Virus record (IMG/VR): IMGVR_UViG_3300021254_000027
Location: 41,543 to 105,542 of that record
Length of the DNA: 64,000 nucleotides
Source: a virus
Lineage: Duplodnaviria > Caudoviricetes
Direction: 5' to 3' (one strand)
The notes under the pieces are model-generated. The model was not told where the DNA came from, made no database searches, and worked only from the letters and a program-made list of their open reading frames with translations. Shown here piece by piece: positions 1 to 14,043 of this stretch. The first letter of the stretch is position 1. Each line of letters begins with the position of its first letter. Made by a program: the position numbers and the translations under genes.

Positions 1-760
1 CTGTACGCTCCGCTGCAATTAAATTAAGAACAGAACCTTCAGTATTTGCATCACCATCTAATTTGGTGAGGACTGTTGTATGTCCACTAACAGTATCTTG
101 TAAATTTTCAATATCATTCTCTATACCACTAACTTTGGTCTTTAAATTTCCAACGTCAGTTTTTAAAGTTCTGATTTCATCAGCAAGAGCTTTAAATGTA
201 GTATATTGTGTTTCAGATCCAAGCAACGCCGCAGTAGCTGTCGCAACAGCATTAAGAATAGAACCTGCTGTATTAGCATCGCCTTTAAACATCGCAATGT
301 CTGCCGCAGCGGAAGTTTTGAAATCTTCAAGATTTTCTACTCTTGTTTTTAATCTATCAAGCTCTTCTGTAGTAGCTACACTAGCTTTTGTAACAACAAG
401 ACGTAATGTACCATCGTCAGCAACAGTTGTCGTAATATCAGTCACAACATTACCTGTTGGGCTGCTATTAACTCCGACAACGCCGGCTTTATTAATCTGA
501 ACCCAAGAATTGCTAGTTGAATTCCAACGAGCTAAGATATTGCCTGTTTTTACATAATAAAGCGCAGTTTCATAAGCATGACCAGTGGCAGGTAAATCAT
601 TAACAGTATTAACTGGAATGAAATCACCAAGACGGATACGTTTTGTACCATTGTCTATATACATTGCACTTTCATCAGTGGTTACATATATAGTACCATC
701 TTGTACTTGCGCAGGCAAATTCGCTAATAAACCACGTTTAAACTGAATATTAGCTGGCAT
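1..760 (-). CDS. Tail fibre-like structural protein, partial (runs off left edge)
   Basis: ATG at 760 after AAAGGAG RBS; MPANIQFKRGLLANLPAQVQDGTIYVTTDESAMYID, an N-terminus typical of phage fibre proteins, then coiled-coil with repeated GDANTxGSxLN; open to base 1. Confidence 0.65.
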   Translation of the reverse strand, partial: MPANIQFKRGLLANLPAQVQDGTIYVTTDESAMYIDNGTKRIRLGDFIPVNTVNDLPATGHAYETALYYVKTGNILARWNSTSNSWVQINKAGVVGVNSSPTGNVVTDITTTVADDGTLRLVVTKASVATTEELDRLKTRVENLEDFKTSAAADIAMFKGDANTAGSILNAVATATAALLGSETQYTTFKALADEIRTLKTDVGNLKTKVSGIENDIENLQDTVSGHTTVLTKLDGDANTEGSVLNLIAAERT

Positions 761-781
761 TTATATTACTCCTTTCTTTAA

Positions 782-1717
782 TTATTCTTCTTCGTCAATA
801 GACTCCCAAACATACTAACCATAATTATTAATCATGTATGTTACATAATCTTCGACATTATTATAAGTATGGCCCTCTGGATCGGTATAGACAGATTGCC
901 CACCAGAAGAGGAAACTGTAACCCAACTTCCAGTTGCATTTAAGAACAATTGTGCCTTCTCTGCCGTAGTTAGCGTACTAGCAGCAACAGGAACAAGTCC
1001 AGAAACAGTTCCATTAAATAAAGGAATAATTGAGTCAGCATTATTTGCAAGCTCTGCATAAATACCCGTAGCGGGAACATTAACTAAATCACCAGTTTCA
1101 GGATCAGTTGTAGAACTTGCTTTATGTCCAATTAAACTTTCAAGATCGGCTGTAGTTGCATAACCATTTAAATCAACGAAAGGACCTAATTCAATCCAGT
1201 CAGTTCCATTCCAAGCGTATTCTTTATCACCTACTTGATAAACATCGCCCTCAGAAGGATTACTGATTAAATCTAAGTCTGTAGTCGTTCCCTAGAAGTG
1301 GAATGCACTAGCTGCGGCAGATTGTAAATTTGCAAGAGCAGTTTGTAAATTACTAACTGTTCCCTCTAATGTAGTTACTCGTGCCGCAATAGGATTAGAA
1401 GATGTGTCTCCAATGAGAACCCATCCATCTGTGCTTGAAGCATAAACAAAAGCTAAAGCACTACCATCACCATTTCTTACAACAGTAATGTCGCCCTTAA
1501 CCACTGGAGACGCTCCGACAATAGCAGCAATAGCATCAGCATCTGTCTATTCTGCTTGTCGTGTACCAATATATACATGAGCTTGTCCAAAAGGAGTTTC
1601 GCCACGATACAACTCATTTGTATCAAGCAAGAAATATAAAGCATTATTTTGTTTGGCTTCAAGAGCAGCATATTCCGCAGCGGAACCAAACTTAAATAAA
1701 ACTTTTTGATTCGGCAT
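782..1717 (-). CDS. Tail fibre-associated protein (~311 aa with TAG=Gln)
   Basis: Track ORFs 1547..1738 and 1292..1504 share a frame and are joined by TAG; continues through GDVYQVGDKEYAWNGTDWIELG to TAA at 782-784. Confidence 0.7.
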
Positions 1718-1764
1718 TATCTCTTCACTTCCTTTCAAACTAAGTATCTGTCTCTTTATAAGAT

Positions 1765-1798
1765 AAAAAATAAGCCCGAATACTTAACGCATTCGGGC
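1765..1798 (-). terminator. Intrinsic terminator
   Basis: GCCCGAAT...ATTCGGGC stem followed by T-run on the minus strand just after the gene ending at 1811. Confidence 0.6.
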
Positions 1799-1810
1799 CA
1801 ATAGTATTTA

Positions 1811-3811
1811 TTAAGTTGCTGTATAACTTCGAGTATCTTGTCCAGTTGTTACTAAACCATATTTAGTCTTTTCTATTGTTAAAGTATATGTCCCAGTTGC
1901 AGTTGGTCTATAGGTTGGAGTTGTTGAGCTCGTTAAATTGCTCCAGCCTTCACTGTTCCATCTATATCTATAAGTGGCTGCTGAATCCCAATTCTGAACA
2001 GACCCTTGTATTCCACCATCAAAAAGTGAAGTACTGACTGCCGGAGGGGTAAGTGCTGCGCTGACAGCAGTAGCAGCAGCTTCTATAATATCGTTAACAG
2101 TTGTACCACTATCTTGGACTGTATGCCCGTTATTACCCCAAGTAACAATATTGTTCGCTACAGCAGTTGCAATACTATCAATTTGTCTAGTATTAACAAC
2201 CTTATTTAAACCAATAGTCTCAGCAGTAATATTATGAGGGTTGCTTGCAGTAGTATGAGTATTAATCGCACTTTCAATTTTCGCAAAAGCACTATTAATG
2301 CTATCTGTTTCTTCTATCCCTGTTGTAGCCAATGCAGAGATCCCTGTTAATGCGAGAGATCCAACATTAGATCTTGATACAGTAAAAGCACCAGATGAAC
2401 TGCTTAATGTTAATCCAGTAATTACATTGCCTGTACCTGTATCTGAAAGTGAACAAGTTGGAATAGTTACTGTTGTAGCATCTAGCGCGGTGATATGACC
2501 AGCTTGATCTGTAGACATATAAGGGACATTAAACGTCATACCAAACTAACTTGTTGGAATTGAAGAGGTTCCTACATTAGTTTTAGTGCCAAGACCATTT
2601 AAAGCATGTCCAATAGTAATCTTTTTATCATTCGCTCCAGCGATATTAATCCACTTATTGCCGCCTTCAATAGCAAAACTATCGACATAATTTGCTGCTG
2701 AAAAACTACTAGTATTACCAGTTATAGCAGTAGCTGCAGAACTATTACCGGCTGTTACGGTTTTAAAACCATAAGGCAAAGTATAGGCAGTAGTAGATCG
2801 AGCAGTTATATGTCCTGCTTCATCCTAAGAAAAATTATAAATGATAAAAGTTCCTGTCGCGCTATTAAAATCGACTCCAGCATTTGGAGTAGTCTAAATA
2901 TTCTAAATTAAATGCGCTATAGTAATTGTATCATTTTCCGCATTGCCAGCGAATCTAATCCATTTATTGCCCGCTGCCAAAGTAGCAGTATCTACTTGCG
3001 TATCAGCTACAATAGAAGTGGTATTAGTAGTAATATCAGTTACAGCTGTCGCATTACTAATTGCAATGGTTTTAAAGTTATACGATAAAGTTAAAGTCCG
3101 TTTAGTCTAAGAACGAATATGCCCAGCTTCATCCCAGGTTAATTCATAAGTTACAAATGTTCCGCTATTATTTAAATCAGTTGTCACAGTTTTTGATGTA
3201 TCAATACTACGAACTAAATGCCCAATAGTTAATTTATCATCTGCAACATCTGATGTCCCACTCGCCGCAAGTTTAATCCAAGTATTGCCTGAATTAATAG
3301 TTAATGTGTCTTCATTATTATCTGCCACCATAGATCCATTTACGGCGTCTAAATTATTAACAGCATCAGAAGAGCCCGTAGTGACTTGAATGGTTTTAAA
3401 CATGCGCAAATCTTTAATGCGCTCATCAACAGTTTCAGTTCTATCATTTAAGATATAAGCTAAATCTGAAATTGAATCCATGTTTGCGGCTGGCGTTGAC
3501 TATGTAGAATGCCCATTTGTTGCAGAAGTTAATGCTGCTAATACGCTAGGATTACGACCATATAATTCACGTAAAATTGTATCATAAGATTCTAATTTAG
3601 TAGTTAAACGTTCGGTACCAGATTGGCCCAACTAAACATCTGCTGCATGAATCAAAGCAAATGTATTACCATTCTTTTGAGTTAAACCTGCCGCCAATAA
3701 TACTGTACCATCATAAGTACGAGGTTTTGCTCCGTCTACTCCTTGAACTTTACTGTAATCATAAGGAGTAGTATATAAATTTTTATTAAATACATTATTT
3801 AAAGTAGCCAT
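1811..3811 (-). CDS. Tail fibre protein with three ~100-aa repeats (~666 aa with TAG=Gln)
   Basis: ATG 3811 after TAAGGAGG; track ORFs 3107..3481, 2546..2779, 1811..2539 are in one frame; repeats FKT...GNxWI...ITIxH...DxAGHI. Confidence 0.75.
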
Positions 3812-3824
3812 TTATATATCCTCC

Positions 3825-6656
3825 TTAACTTAACACAACAGATGTAGATCCAAGATTCTTATTTGAACTCTGCCAAATAGTATATGAAGCAGTTTCATTA
3901 TATTCATTAGTAAAATTGATATTTCCTAAATTATCAAAACCGCCTTCAAAACCGCCAACCTTAAATATTGGACGCGCCCATGATGCAGGACACAAATAAT
4001 AAATATGCTCTGTAGCGCCAGCATTAACAGAAATAGTTTTACTTATTTTTGCAGTTGCAAGAATACTGCTGAATGAACTTAGATTAGTGCTCAACTTACT
4101 AAAACTATTTAAATTAGCAAGAGTATTATCATCACCGACGCCCCAATAGGCGCGATACGCCCAAGTTGCTTTTACACTTGCAGTTTTAGTTACATCTCTT
4201 TCGTCTGTTACACTCAATGTCCAAGTTATAACTGTGCTAACAGTTTTACCAGTAATTGCATTAGAATCTGTTACCGTATTAACCGCGCTTGCATCATATT
4301 CAGCTTTATTAGTAACATAATAATTTTTCTCAAAAACCGCTGAATTAGGAGTATAAACTGTTACTCCATCACTACGTGTAATTTTTAAATCTTGACGAGG
4401 ACCTTTATTTAAAGTATATGATAAAGAAATATTATTTAATCCTTTACCAGCTTCAATTAAAATATTATTACCACTCTATTCAGCATCAGAACTAGTGATC
4501 TTAAATGAATTAATCATCTGTTCAACATACTGGATATCTGCCATTTCATGTTGCATTTTTTTAATTGCTTCTCCTAAAGTATCTGTTGCAGTTACTGCAT
4601 GCAAACAACTATTTCCATAATAGCCCTGTTTTGCAGTTCCATTAACTGTATAATTAACATCAAAATATCTATCTGATGCAGTATTATTATAACTTAAGTC
4701 TAATGTATCAAGAGTATAAGAAACAGTATAACGCCAATTTCCTTTATTATCTAATAATAAGTTACCTAAATTATTATTAATAATTTGCGGTACAATATCA
4801 TTATATGGAAATTTAGTTTCTGCCATAGTAATTTTACCAGTGTCCGCAGTTGTAATGACAAAACGGTTTTTGGCAAGATTCATATCTACGTTTTCAATCA
4901 TATCACGCGCGCGATTAATCATACCAATCAAAGTACGATCATCGCGTGAGTCTTCATTACTTAAATTAAGACCGACGATACGATTTACTAATGCAATCGC
5001 TCCACGCACTGTAGATGGAGATCCAAAACTTAAATCATTTACTACTGCTTCTTGTCCAGTATTTGGACGACCAACAGGTTTTGTAGCTTGATATACTTTA
5101 GTAAAGCGGAAATGAGGAACTTCTGGATTATTATTATAATAAGCCTCTCTACGATAATACTGAGTCCCAGCAGGAAGAGCAGATTTATTTGCGACTTTAT
5201 ATGCGCCTACAGTATCATCAAACCAGTATTCGCCATTTGCGTCTTTAGTCCATATGTTTGTATAAGATGGTAAATAATAACTTCTTATATTGTCATCTCC
5301 ACCAGTATGAGAATCTTGGTAAAGCATCATTTTATTAAAGCGCATAGTATTACCTGCGCTAGTACCAATACCATAATAAATATCTTCATCCGCGGTATAT
5401 TGCAAATGATTCGCAATCGCATGAGCTTTTTCTATTGCAACAGTATTTTCACTTGTGCGCTAAGTTAATGCTTCATTACCTAAACTATAAGTGCGACCAA
5501 TTAATGCAGTCATCGTATTGGCGCGACCAAAAATACTATCAGAGTCAATAGTACAATTAGCTTGATTACCAAAATCTTCTTGCAATAATTGTAATAAACG
5601 CTATTCAGTAAACATTGCATTCCAAACTTTAGCAATAGCATTACCAATACCAGGTAAATGAATATACCAAGAATAAGTATCATTCGCAGTTACACCATTA
5701 GTTCCAACTGCTGCGTTTTGTTCTCCATAATATTTTTGCCCGCTTGATTTAAAAATGTAATTAATTGCATTTTTTGGCTCTTCTCCATTTTCAGCTTTGC
5801 GCAAATAGTTGCGGTCCATAGTAAAGCCTAAGTCATTCCAGAAAATATCTCCATGGCCTTCTTCTTCCCAAGTCTCCCAAGTAGTTCCACTATTTTTATA
5901 TTCGCCAGTTCGATAAGTAATATCGGCATCTGTCTCAATAGCATATTCTCTTTCAGGAGTTAATCTTGGTGCTGCAACGCTACTTCCTAAAGTATGAATT
6001 TCATGACCAAAAACCGCTGGAGTGTGCATATAATAATCTAATGTTGTGCTATTGCCATCAAAGTACGGAGAAATAGGCTTAGTATTTGGTGGATCAATTA
6101 CCAAATGGAAATTAGGAACTACTGTATTAAGTTCAGCTATCATAACATAACGATAGTTGCCAGTAGTAGTATCTACATGCTTCATCCAAACAGTAGAGTC
6201 ATATCCACGTCCATAATTAGTAACATCTGTATTATATGCCGCGGCAAATGGACTTGCATTTGCGGCAGTATATGGCTAATAATTTAATTCGTTAGATGAC
6301 CCAGTAGAAGTACAAATATAAAAGCTATTCGCGCTATTCTTCTAAAATAAATCTTGATAAATTTGGCCTTCGACTTTAGTTAATAAAGTACTAATATCAA
6401 CTTCTGTATTATCAACAATTGCACCAGAAGGAGTGGTTTCATGAGTAAAATGTACATCACCATAAAACTCGCCATCATAATAATAGCCAGTAATAGGTGG
6501 TTCATCATACTCAATTAAAACATAACGTCCGATAAATACTCCATCAGTAGCACATTGACTATCCATCATAGTGCGAGTTTTATAAACTCTATCGAAAGTG
6601 AATGCAGTTCGATTCGAAGCTGATATATTACCATAGAATCCTGCCATTGCACTCAC
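3825..6656 (-). CDS. Tail/baseplate-associated structural protein (~943 aa with TAG=Gln)
   Basis: Track ORFs 6342..6656, 5601..6185, 4476..5405, 3825..4217 are in one frame; the first three end at TAG and the last at TAA. Confidence 0.7.
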
Positions 6657-6985
6657 TCCGTTTCATATATAAAATCAATAATAATATAAGCATTTTGGTT
6701 ATTGCCTATTGTTTCAAGAGAACCATTATCAAACATGATACTGGTAATATTGGCAAGACCTTCAACACTTAATTCATAAATACCAGTAGCGCCTACTACA
6801 ATAGGAGTTTCACTAGCATTTAAATAAAATTTGGTTCCTGGTAAAGTCTACACACCAAGTTGTACAATGGGATATGTGCGCGGAAAGGCTGTGCCATTCC
6901 GCAACATATCCAAAGTCAAGGTGGCAGGATAATTGTTTTTTACGCCAGGACCAAACCAACGAATTTGACCAACTTGCTTCGCCAT
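6653..6985 (-). CDS. Small tail-associated protein (110 aa, one TAG)
   Basis: ATG 6985 after AAGGAGG; MAKQVGQIRWFG...QLGV[TAG]TLPGTKFYLN...YIIIDFIYETE-TGA. Absent from the track because the TAG splits it. Confidence 0.7.
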
Positions 6986-6999
6986 TATCCTTTTCCTCC

Positions 7000-9900
7000 T
7001 TAAATAATTCTATCAACTGCGCGATTTGCAGTAATAGACATCATTCCATCATGCTAAAGCTATATACTAAACGATTTAATTAAGTATTCTCCGTCAATAC
7101 CGCTTTGATTATCATGAACTCTAATACGAGTATTTGGTTCTAAATAATAAATTGGAATTGCTGAGATAGTAACTGTTTCTTGATAATATGTCGCATCATA
7201 TAACATAGAATCTAAAACTTCTTTAGCGCTTTTCCCCTACGCACTCATTTTAAAGTAATCTGAAAAAGGAGGTACAAGATTAATACGAGCATATGCAAGA
7301 TTTTCTTCTCCTTTAACAGGTTCATAATCTGTACTTACAAATAAGAGCTAAGGAGTCTCTCTAAAGTATATGGCTTTAACATCTTTATCATTAACAGATT
7401 TTGAACGACGACCAATCGCTTCTACCGAATATTGATAAAGATTCATATCTCCGCTATCCTAATCAAAGAAATCAATCCAGAAAAATAATGATTCTGGTTC
7501 GACAAAAGAGATTGTATTATTCGATGAGTTCCATTTTACATATTGCGGATTCCAATATCCATTTTGTTCCCATTCTGCATAATCATCTACTGTGTTATCT
7601 GTATACTCCATTCGCCCATCGTCGGTCTAATTCGTTGTCCCATTATCATTATAAACAGTTTTAACTGTTTTCTAAGTACGATATAAATGCGGCCAAAATT
7701 CTAACATATCGGTAAAATAAGCATCATAACCAGTATTAAAAGTATCTTGCCAAGCATCTAATTCACTTTGAGTTTTGTCTATATAATTTGATGATTTAAA
7801 TTCATTTAATAATGCTTCTTCCAACTCTTGATTACGAATAATCTCAGGAAGTGGCATATATTCATCTTCATCATAAGTTGTATCATCTGGGACTTCAATA
7901 ACTGTTGTAACATATTCATCCCAAGTACGAACCGTTTGTTTTGTAGTAGTATAATAAGTATGAAGTTGATTCCGAATTTCATCAATAATTACCAACAACT
8001 AATTTAATGATTGCGGCTATGTATAATGTTTACCAGGGAATAACATAATACTTATATCAAATAATGAACTAGATACTACACTAAACCCATATGAATCTCT
8101 ACGACCAGTAGTTATACCAGTTAATCCATAAGCACGACCGACTGCATTTAATACAGAGCGTTGCGCTCGACTTAATTGAACATCAAAATAATCATCATCC
8201 CAAGAAAAGTCAAATAGCTCTAATGTTTTACGTTTAATATTTTCATCATCTACATAATTTAAAGTGGTTAACATATTAAAAATCATACCATTATCATATG
8301 AATAGCCATTTCCATCATGTCGAATTGTAGAATCTGCCCATCCAGTTTGAGTAATCGCATAATTAGCTGCGGCATATTCTGGACGAGTGCCTTCTGGATA
8401 TTGCCCAGCCAAATCATTATTAACAATCTATGGATCTACTAAAGCCATTTGAGCTAATGCAATTTTAATATAACTACTAAACATTTCTAAAACGAATAAA
8501 TACTATTCAACTTCCTAAGCCGGCACATCCATTGGCTCATATTCATCTGTGCCTACAGTAATTTTTACTTCACTTTTTTCATAAGCTGGTGTTTCAACAA
8601 TTTCTGATCTCGTAACTTTTTGCACTACTGTTTCTAAATGTGTACCAACAGGAGGCTTAACACTATCATCAGGTTTTTCAATTTCACCAGAGATAACAGG
8701 ATAAGTTTGTGCCAATGAATAGTCATATCCTAATTTTGCATTCATTTCGGCTAATTGAGATTCTGTTAATTGTAAATTAATTTTATTTACATCTGGGCCA
8801 TATAAAAAACGCTTATTTAAAATAGCTTGCTCATATTCTTCTTCACTCGCTAATGCGACAAATTCCTATTTAAGATCATCATAATAATAATAGTCTTTAT
8901 AAGATGCCGCATTTAAAGAATCATAATCATAATGAAAACGTAATGCTTTTTCATAAGGAGCTAAAGCTTCACCAATAATGCCCTTTCCTATTGCTTGTAC
9001 ATAATTGGTTTGTGTTTTTAAAGCCTATATCAACCCAGCAATTTTTTCTCTCGCGGCAAGATTATCTCTTGCCATCTAATAGATTAATTCACGCCAATCA
9101 TATTGCCCGCCAACAGAATAAGACTAATATGGTTTTTGTTCTAACAAACTATAATAAACTTGCGGCTTATGGTCAATAGCATAACGTAAATGAATTGGAA
9201 GAGCTTTCCCCCCAACACCAGTTAAATTGCCCCAAACTGCAAAATCGTTTTTAATAACATTAATCTACGGTTTATTCTAAAAACTTTCAATTAAATAACC
9301 ATCAACAAAATCATAAATACTGTTACTACTATTAGCGACGCTATCATAATAAGTTTCATTATCATTTACAATAGCATTTGTCCAAGTTGAATTAAAATAA
9401 ATTCGTTTACGCTAAAAGATAAATCTACCGTTAATGTCATAAAAATATTCAAACTCTCCAAGCATTTTAACTATTTTATCAAGCATTTCTGTGATAGTAC
9501 CACCAATAGCAACAGTTAATTCTCCAGTATAAGTAATATCTGTCGCACGATAGCCAGCTGTAGTATTTATTTCATTAGGGTCTACCCGTTTTAATAATAC
9601 ATACCAAACGCCACCGTATAAGATTGGTGCTAAATTACTGGTTACTCCTTGTGCTTCACAAGCTGCTTCAAATAAACCTTCACGAGGATCTGAGCCAGAA
9701 CCAAAAAGTATTTGAGTAGATTCAGCTTCTGTAAATACTGGAGTTCGAGTTTGTTGTACACCAGAAAATGTACTTCCGCTACTACCAGTAAAATCCCAAC
9801 TAATGCCATCTAAATATTCTGTAACTTCACTATCTTCAAACTAATTAAAGATATATAAAATAGAGTCATCAGCAATATAATCTAATAATTCTACACCGCA

Positions 9901-10491
9901 AGTGTCTAAATCATTAATTACAATATTACGATACGGTTCTTGAGCATATTGATGGACAGCTTCTCTAATAATATCATAAATTGGGATTAAATCTTTAGTC
10001 ACACTACCATCAGAATGAGTTGTATAAATAGTACTAAATTCATGCGCCGCAAATAAATTACCAGATATATCTCCATTGATAAGACACATCTTATCTTTAC
10101 CCTAAATAGTGATAGTATATCCGCTATTATTTAAAGTAGAACTAAAACTACTAATAACATACATTCCCTGCGGGAACCATATTATATCTTCATATCTTGG
10201 ATCAATAGTATTCCGCAATCCAAGTTCAACAGTAAATTTAGTATTTAAACTCCAAGAGATTTCTTCAATTTGTACTTGATTTGTAATTAAAGTAATATTA
10301 CAAGTACGACGGACCTTAGAAGAACCATCTACATTAATCGAACCACTAACTACATTACCAGTAATTTCTGCTACAGATTCTTCGTCCCAGTTAAGAGAAA
10401 TGATTTTAGCAAATACTTCTTTATTACGATGCTAATCTAACTTAATTAAAAAATCTTTGTCTAACAAAGCAAAAGTATTACTTAAAGCCAT
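7000..10491 (-). CDS. Baseplate hub/tail-tip protein (~1163 aa with TAG=Gln)
   Basis: N-terminal GSINVDGSSKVRRTCNITL motif as in siphophage hub-type proteins; track ORFs starting at 10089, 8745, 8412, 7998 are all in frame; TAA at 7000-7002. Confidence 0.7.
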
Positions 10492-10495
10492 TTAC

Positions 10496-13400
10496 TCACC
10501 CCCCAAAACGAGGCTTACCCATTTTACCAGAATCTTCATAAATTACTCCTTCATTTTTAGAAGAAGTGGGCTTTGTAGTTGATGTTGAAGTTTGATTAAT
10601 TTTATTTATATCTACACCTTCAAGTTCTAATACTGCTTTTAACATTGATAAATAATTATCTCGCACAGAACTATATTCAGCATAAGTAACAAAAGGTCCA
10701 TTATAACTATGATCTTTACTATATGTACTATAACTATAAGGTACCCAAATATCCTATCCAGTAAAAGCAGTCCGCTCTTCACGAGTCAAACGATCAAAAT
10801 GCTGAGTGTTTTCATTCCAAACAAAATATGAATTATCTTCATACATTCCATCTGGCACATTATTTACTAAAGCTTTCGCGCCCTCAGTAATATTAATCAA
10901 CTATAACTAGTACGCTGCATAATCGCGCGCAATAGCGTTATATTGTTTCCAAGCATTATACAAACTTTCGTTAAGCCCAAGAGCAACCTATTTAGCTTTG
11001 TCTCCTTCTTCAACACCATACGTTAAAGTTAAGAGTTGATAAATAAAAATAGGTTGTACTTTAGTGCCCCAAGCCATATAAGTTGGTACCCAAGATGTTG
11101 TAGGAACATGATAAGAACCAGTTTCTGCGATATCAATAATCTCATTGTCTAAGCAAATTTGAGTAGGAGACAATCTATATAATGTTCCATCTGGCTATTG
11201 AACTGGGACATAAGGCCGTCCATTATTAAATTCATATAAAAGATTTGCATCTGCATCAAAGATATAATAAATATCTGTACCAGGGACAGTAAACATAGCA
11301 TTATTTACAAATAAGTCTCTACTACTTCTAGTGCCATATGGCAATACGCTTGAACTACTTTCAGTTTCTTTAGTATCTTTATCTTGTTCAAATTCAATAC
11401 TCCAAACTCGAACTGCTCTATCTAATAAATAAGTTGATACTCGCTCATTAAATTGATCAATCGCATTTTTTTCTCGTGGAGTCGCACTAAAATGGTAAGT
11501 CTCTCCAAAAGCTTGTAATGATCCAATTTCATATACCATATCACTTAAAGTAAAATCCATAGAAACAATACCACGTATCTAATCTTTTAAAGTAGAAATA
11601 GTATCCATATAATTATTACCAGTCATAGAAGAACTAACTCCTAAATATGATGGACAATGTACTACATCACGTTGTACAATTTTAGTTACCCCATCAAATA
11701 CAGTTGAGTCTCTAGTCCAAGTACCAACCGTAACCTATCCAGGCATATCCTTCCATACATTTAAAAGTTTAAGATTAGATACTGCACTATCTTCATCAAA
11801 CTAGATTTCATATTGACCAGTTGCGCCAACAAGATAATTAGTTACACCATCATAAGTAAACCAAACTTCGCGGCCAGACATTCCAGCGTCTCGATAATCT
11901 GTACTAACACAATCTTCAAATCGAATATACTAACATTTATTACCTTTAAGAAGATTGGTATTTTTAAATTCTTCAATAGCCTTATTTAAAGTTTCTTCTG
12001 ACACATTAGTTAAATCAGAAGAACCTTGAATAACAGAAATCAAAGTATTTAAATAGTCCGCAAAGTTAATAACGCCAAATCTAAAAGCAAGAGTCGCATC
12101 TTTATCAACAGATAAAAATCCATACTCTCCTAGCTTAGAAGGAGAATAAGCATCAATTTCATCAGCTGTACAAGAGAAAGTATGAATCATGCGCGAAAGC
12201 GTATCATTTGGAACTAATGAAACATTTGATAAACGCACAAGATAATTACCTTCTCCTGGACTTCTAAATAACTTAATATTACCGTCGTTAAGCCAATTCA
12301 GAACTTCTAATTTAAAACGACGTTCATAAGCAATATTATCATCAATAATATCAGTAGTATTGCTCCACCATTTATCCATTTTTAAATCTTCTGTGCGGCT
12401 AAGGAAAAATTCATTTTCATCACTTAAATAAGAAATTAATCCAGATATAGGAAACTCTTTATATTCTACATTACCATTTCTAAAGAAGAATGGATATTTA
12501 CTTCCTAATGTATTTTTCTTAGTATCTTGAATAACAGTTTTAAATGAAGTAATTTTAGGATTAAAACGAATTTTTAACTGCCGTTCACCGTCATATAAAA
12601 AAGCATCTTCAAATACTACATATACATCAGGCGCATACATGCGCGTAGAATAAATATCATAATTGTTAAATTGCTAGATAGAATAACGATATGTTTGTCC
12701 TTGTTCAACAGTAAAATCATGAAAAACTGCGTTAGCCGGTAACATACCAGTTAAATTAAAAGTAGCAATTTGAGTTTGAATAGTAAAATCTTCTGCGCTA
12801 GAACAGCGAGAAATCATAAACATACCATTATAAGTAAGTTCAGTTTTATTCGGATCATTTGGTTTTAAAAACAAGTCTACACAGCCATTATCATAATCTA
12901 ACTGCGCAATAAGATGCGCATCAATTTCAGGGACAACAGATGAACCACCTACAATAATATAAAGAGGTCCATTTACCTATAAACCATTCTAAGTAATAAC
13001 TGAATACTATAAACGATAGCGTTCATCATCTTGGCAATTATAATTTAATATAAAACTATCAGTAGATTCATATTGCGCATCATCGGTGTTAGCATTATGA
13101 ACTTGCCAATCTGTTGTAGTTAATACTTTTCCCGCAGTATCATATAATGTAAAACGGTATTGATAACATTTTTCAGAAGGATCATTAATATTAGAATAAT
13201 GTCCAACATAATATGTAACATCAATATTCGCACTATAACGATTTAATCCTAGACAAGAAACAGATGGATATGCAGTACATTTAACAATACTAATTGTAGA
13301 ATAATAGCCTATATTACTTGCATCTGCTGCATCAATATAGGCTAACTAAATTTTATAATATTTTCCGAGATTAATCCCTTTAATATTGGTTAAATCAAAT

Positions 13401-13630
13401 TCTGCATAACTATAACTTGTAGAAACGCTGTAAACAGTAGCATTTACTCTTCCCAATTCAATATCTGTTTCGCCATCACGGATTCGTAATTTTACTCCTC
13501 CAACTTCAGAAGCAGTAACTAATTTATTAAATGAGAAGGGGACTGTTAAAATATAGCTCCCTGTTTCTGAAACATAAAAAGGAGGAGTTGTACCCGCTAA
13601 AACTGGCGGGTACAACTTCATAGTAGCCAT
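10496..13630 (-). CDS. Baseplate/distal-tail-type protein (~1044 aa with TAG=Gln)
   Basis: Track ORFs starting at 13630, 12874, 12640, 11560, 11173 share one frame; TGA at 10496-10498; contains KNTLGSKYPFFFRNG...YKEFPISGLIS. Confidence 0.7.
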
Positions 13631-13632
13631 AA

Positions 13633-14019
13633 TTAGCCCTCCTCGTCAATAATAAGCTCCATAGCTTCAAGCTGCTTAGGCGTGAAATTCAAATCCTCAA
13701 TCAAAGATACAGGGATCATACGCAAGGCGACATCAGCAGTAAACTTATTAAGTTCTGCACGAGCCTCTTGACATTCCTGCTCTTTACCTTCAATAATCTT
13801 AAAGATGCCAGGCTCAGTTTGGATAAACTGGCCATTTTCATCTGTCTGTAAATACTTCTGCGCGAATGCGCGCTCTTGTTCAATATAAAACTCAGTTTCC
13901 TTAGCAAGCATTGCACTGTTTTTTGCAATCAAAAGGCTAAGCTTGAAAGGAAGTTCCTTATCCTTTAAAGTATCGAAAACCTCAGTAAGGTCATTAATCT
14001 GTCGAAAATTAAGTTCCAT
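13633..14019 (-). CDS. Small acidic protein, probable tail/fibre assembly chaperone (128 aa, TAG-free)
   Basis: Intact ORF with AAAAGGAG RBS directly downstream of the giant tail-tip gene; function inferred from position only. Confidence 0.55.
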   Translation of the reverse strand: MELNFRQINDLTEVFDTLKDKELPFKLSLLIAKNSAMLAKETEFYIEQERAFAQKYLQTDENGQFIQTEPGIFKIIEGKEQECQEARAELNKFTADVALRMIPVSLIEDLNFTPKQLEAMELIIDEEG

Positions 14020-14043
14020 AAAATAATCTCCTTTTTCTCTTTA

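Noticed and set aside
2825-2827. TAG aligning with Trp (TGG) of fibre repeat 1 (LTWDEAGH vs FS[TAG]DEAGH), suggesting TAG=Trp
   Set aside because: The position is variable (Thr in repeat 3), and many more informative alignments give Gln.
1-6656. Diversity-generating retroelement acting on the fibre genes
   Set aside because: No reverse transcriptase or template/variable repeat pair seen in this window.
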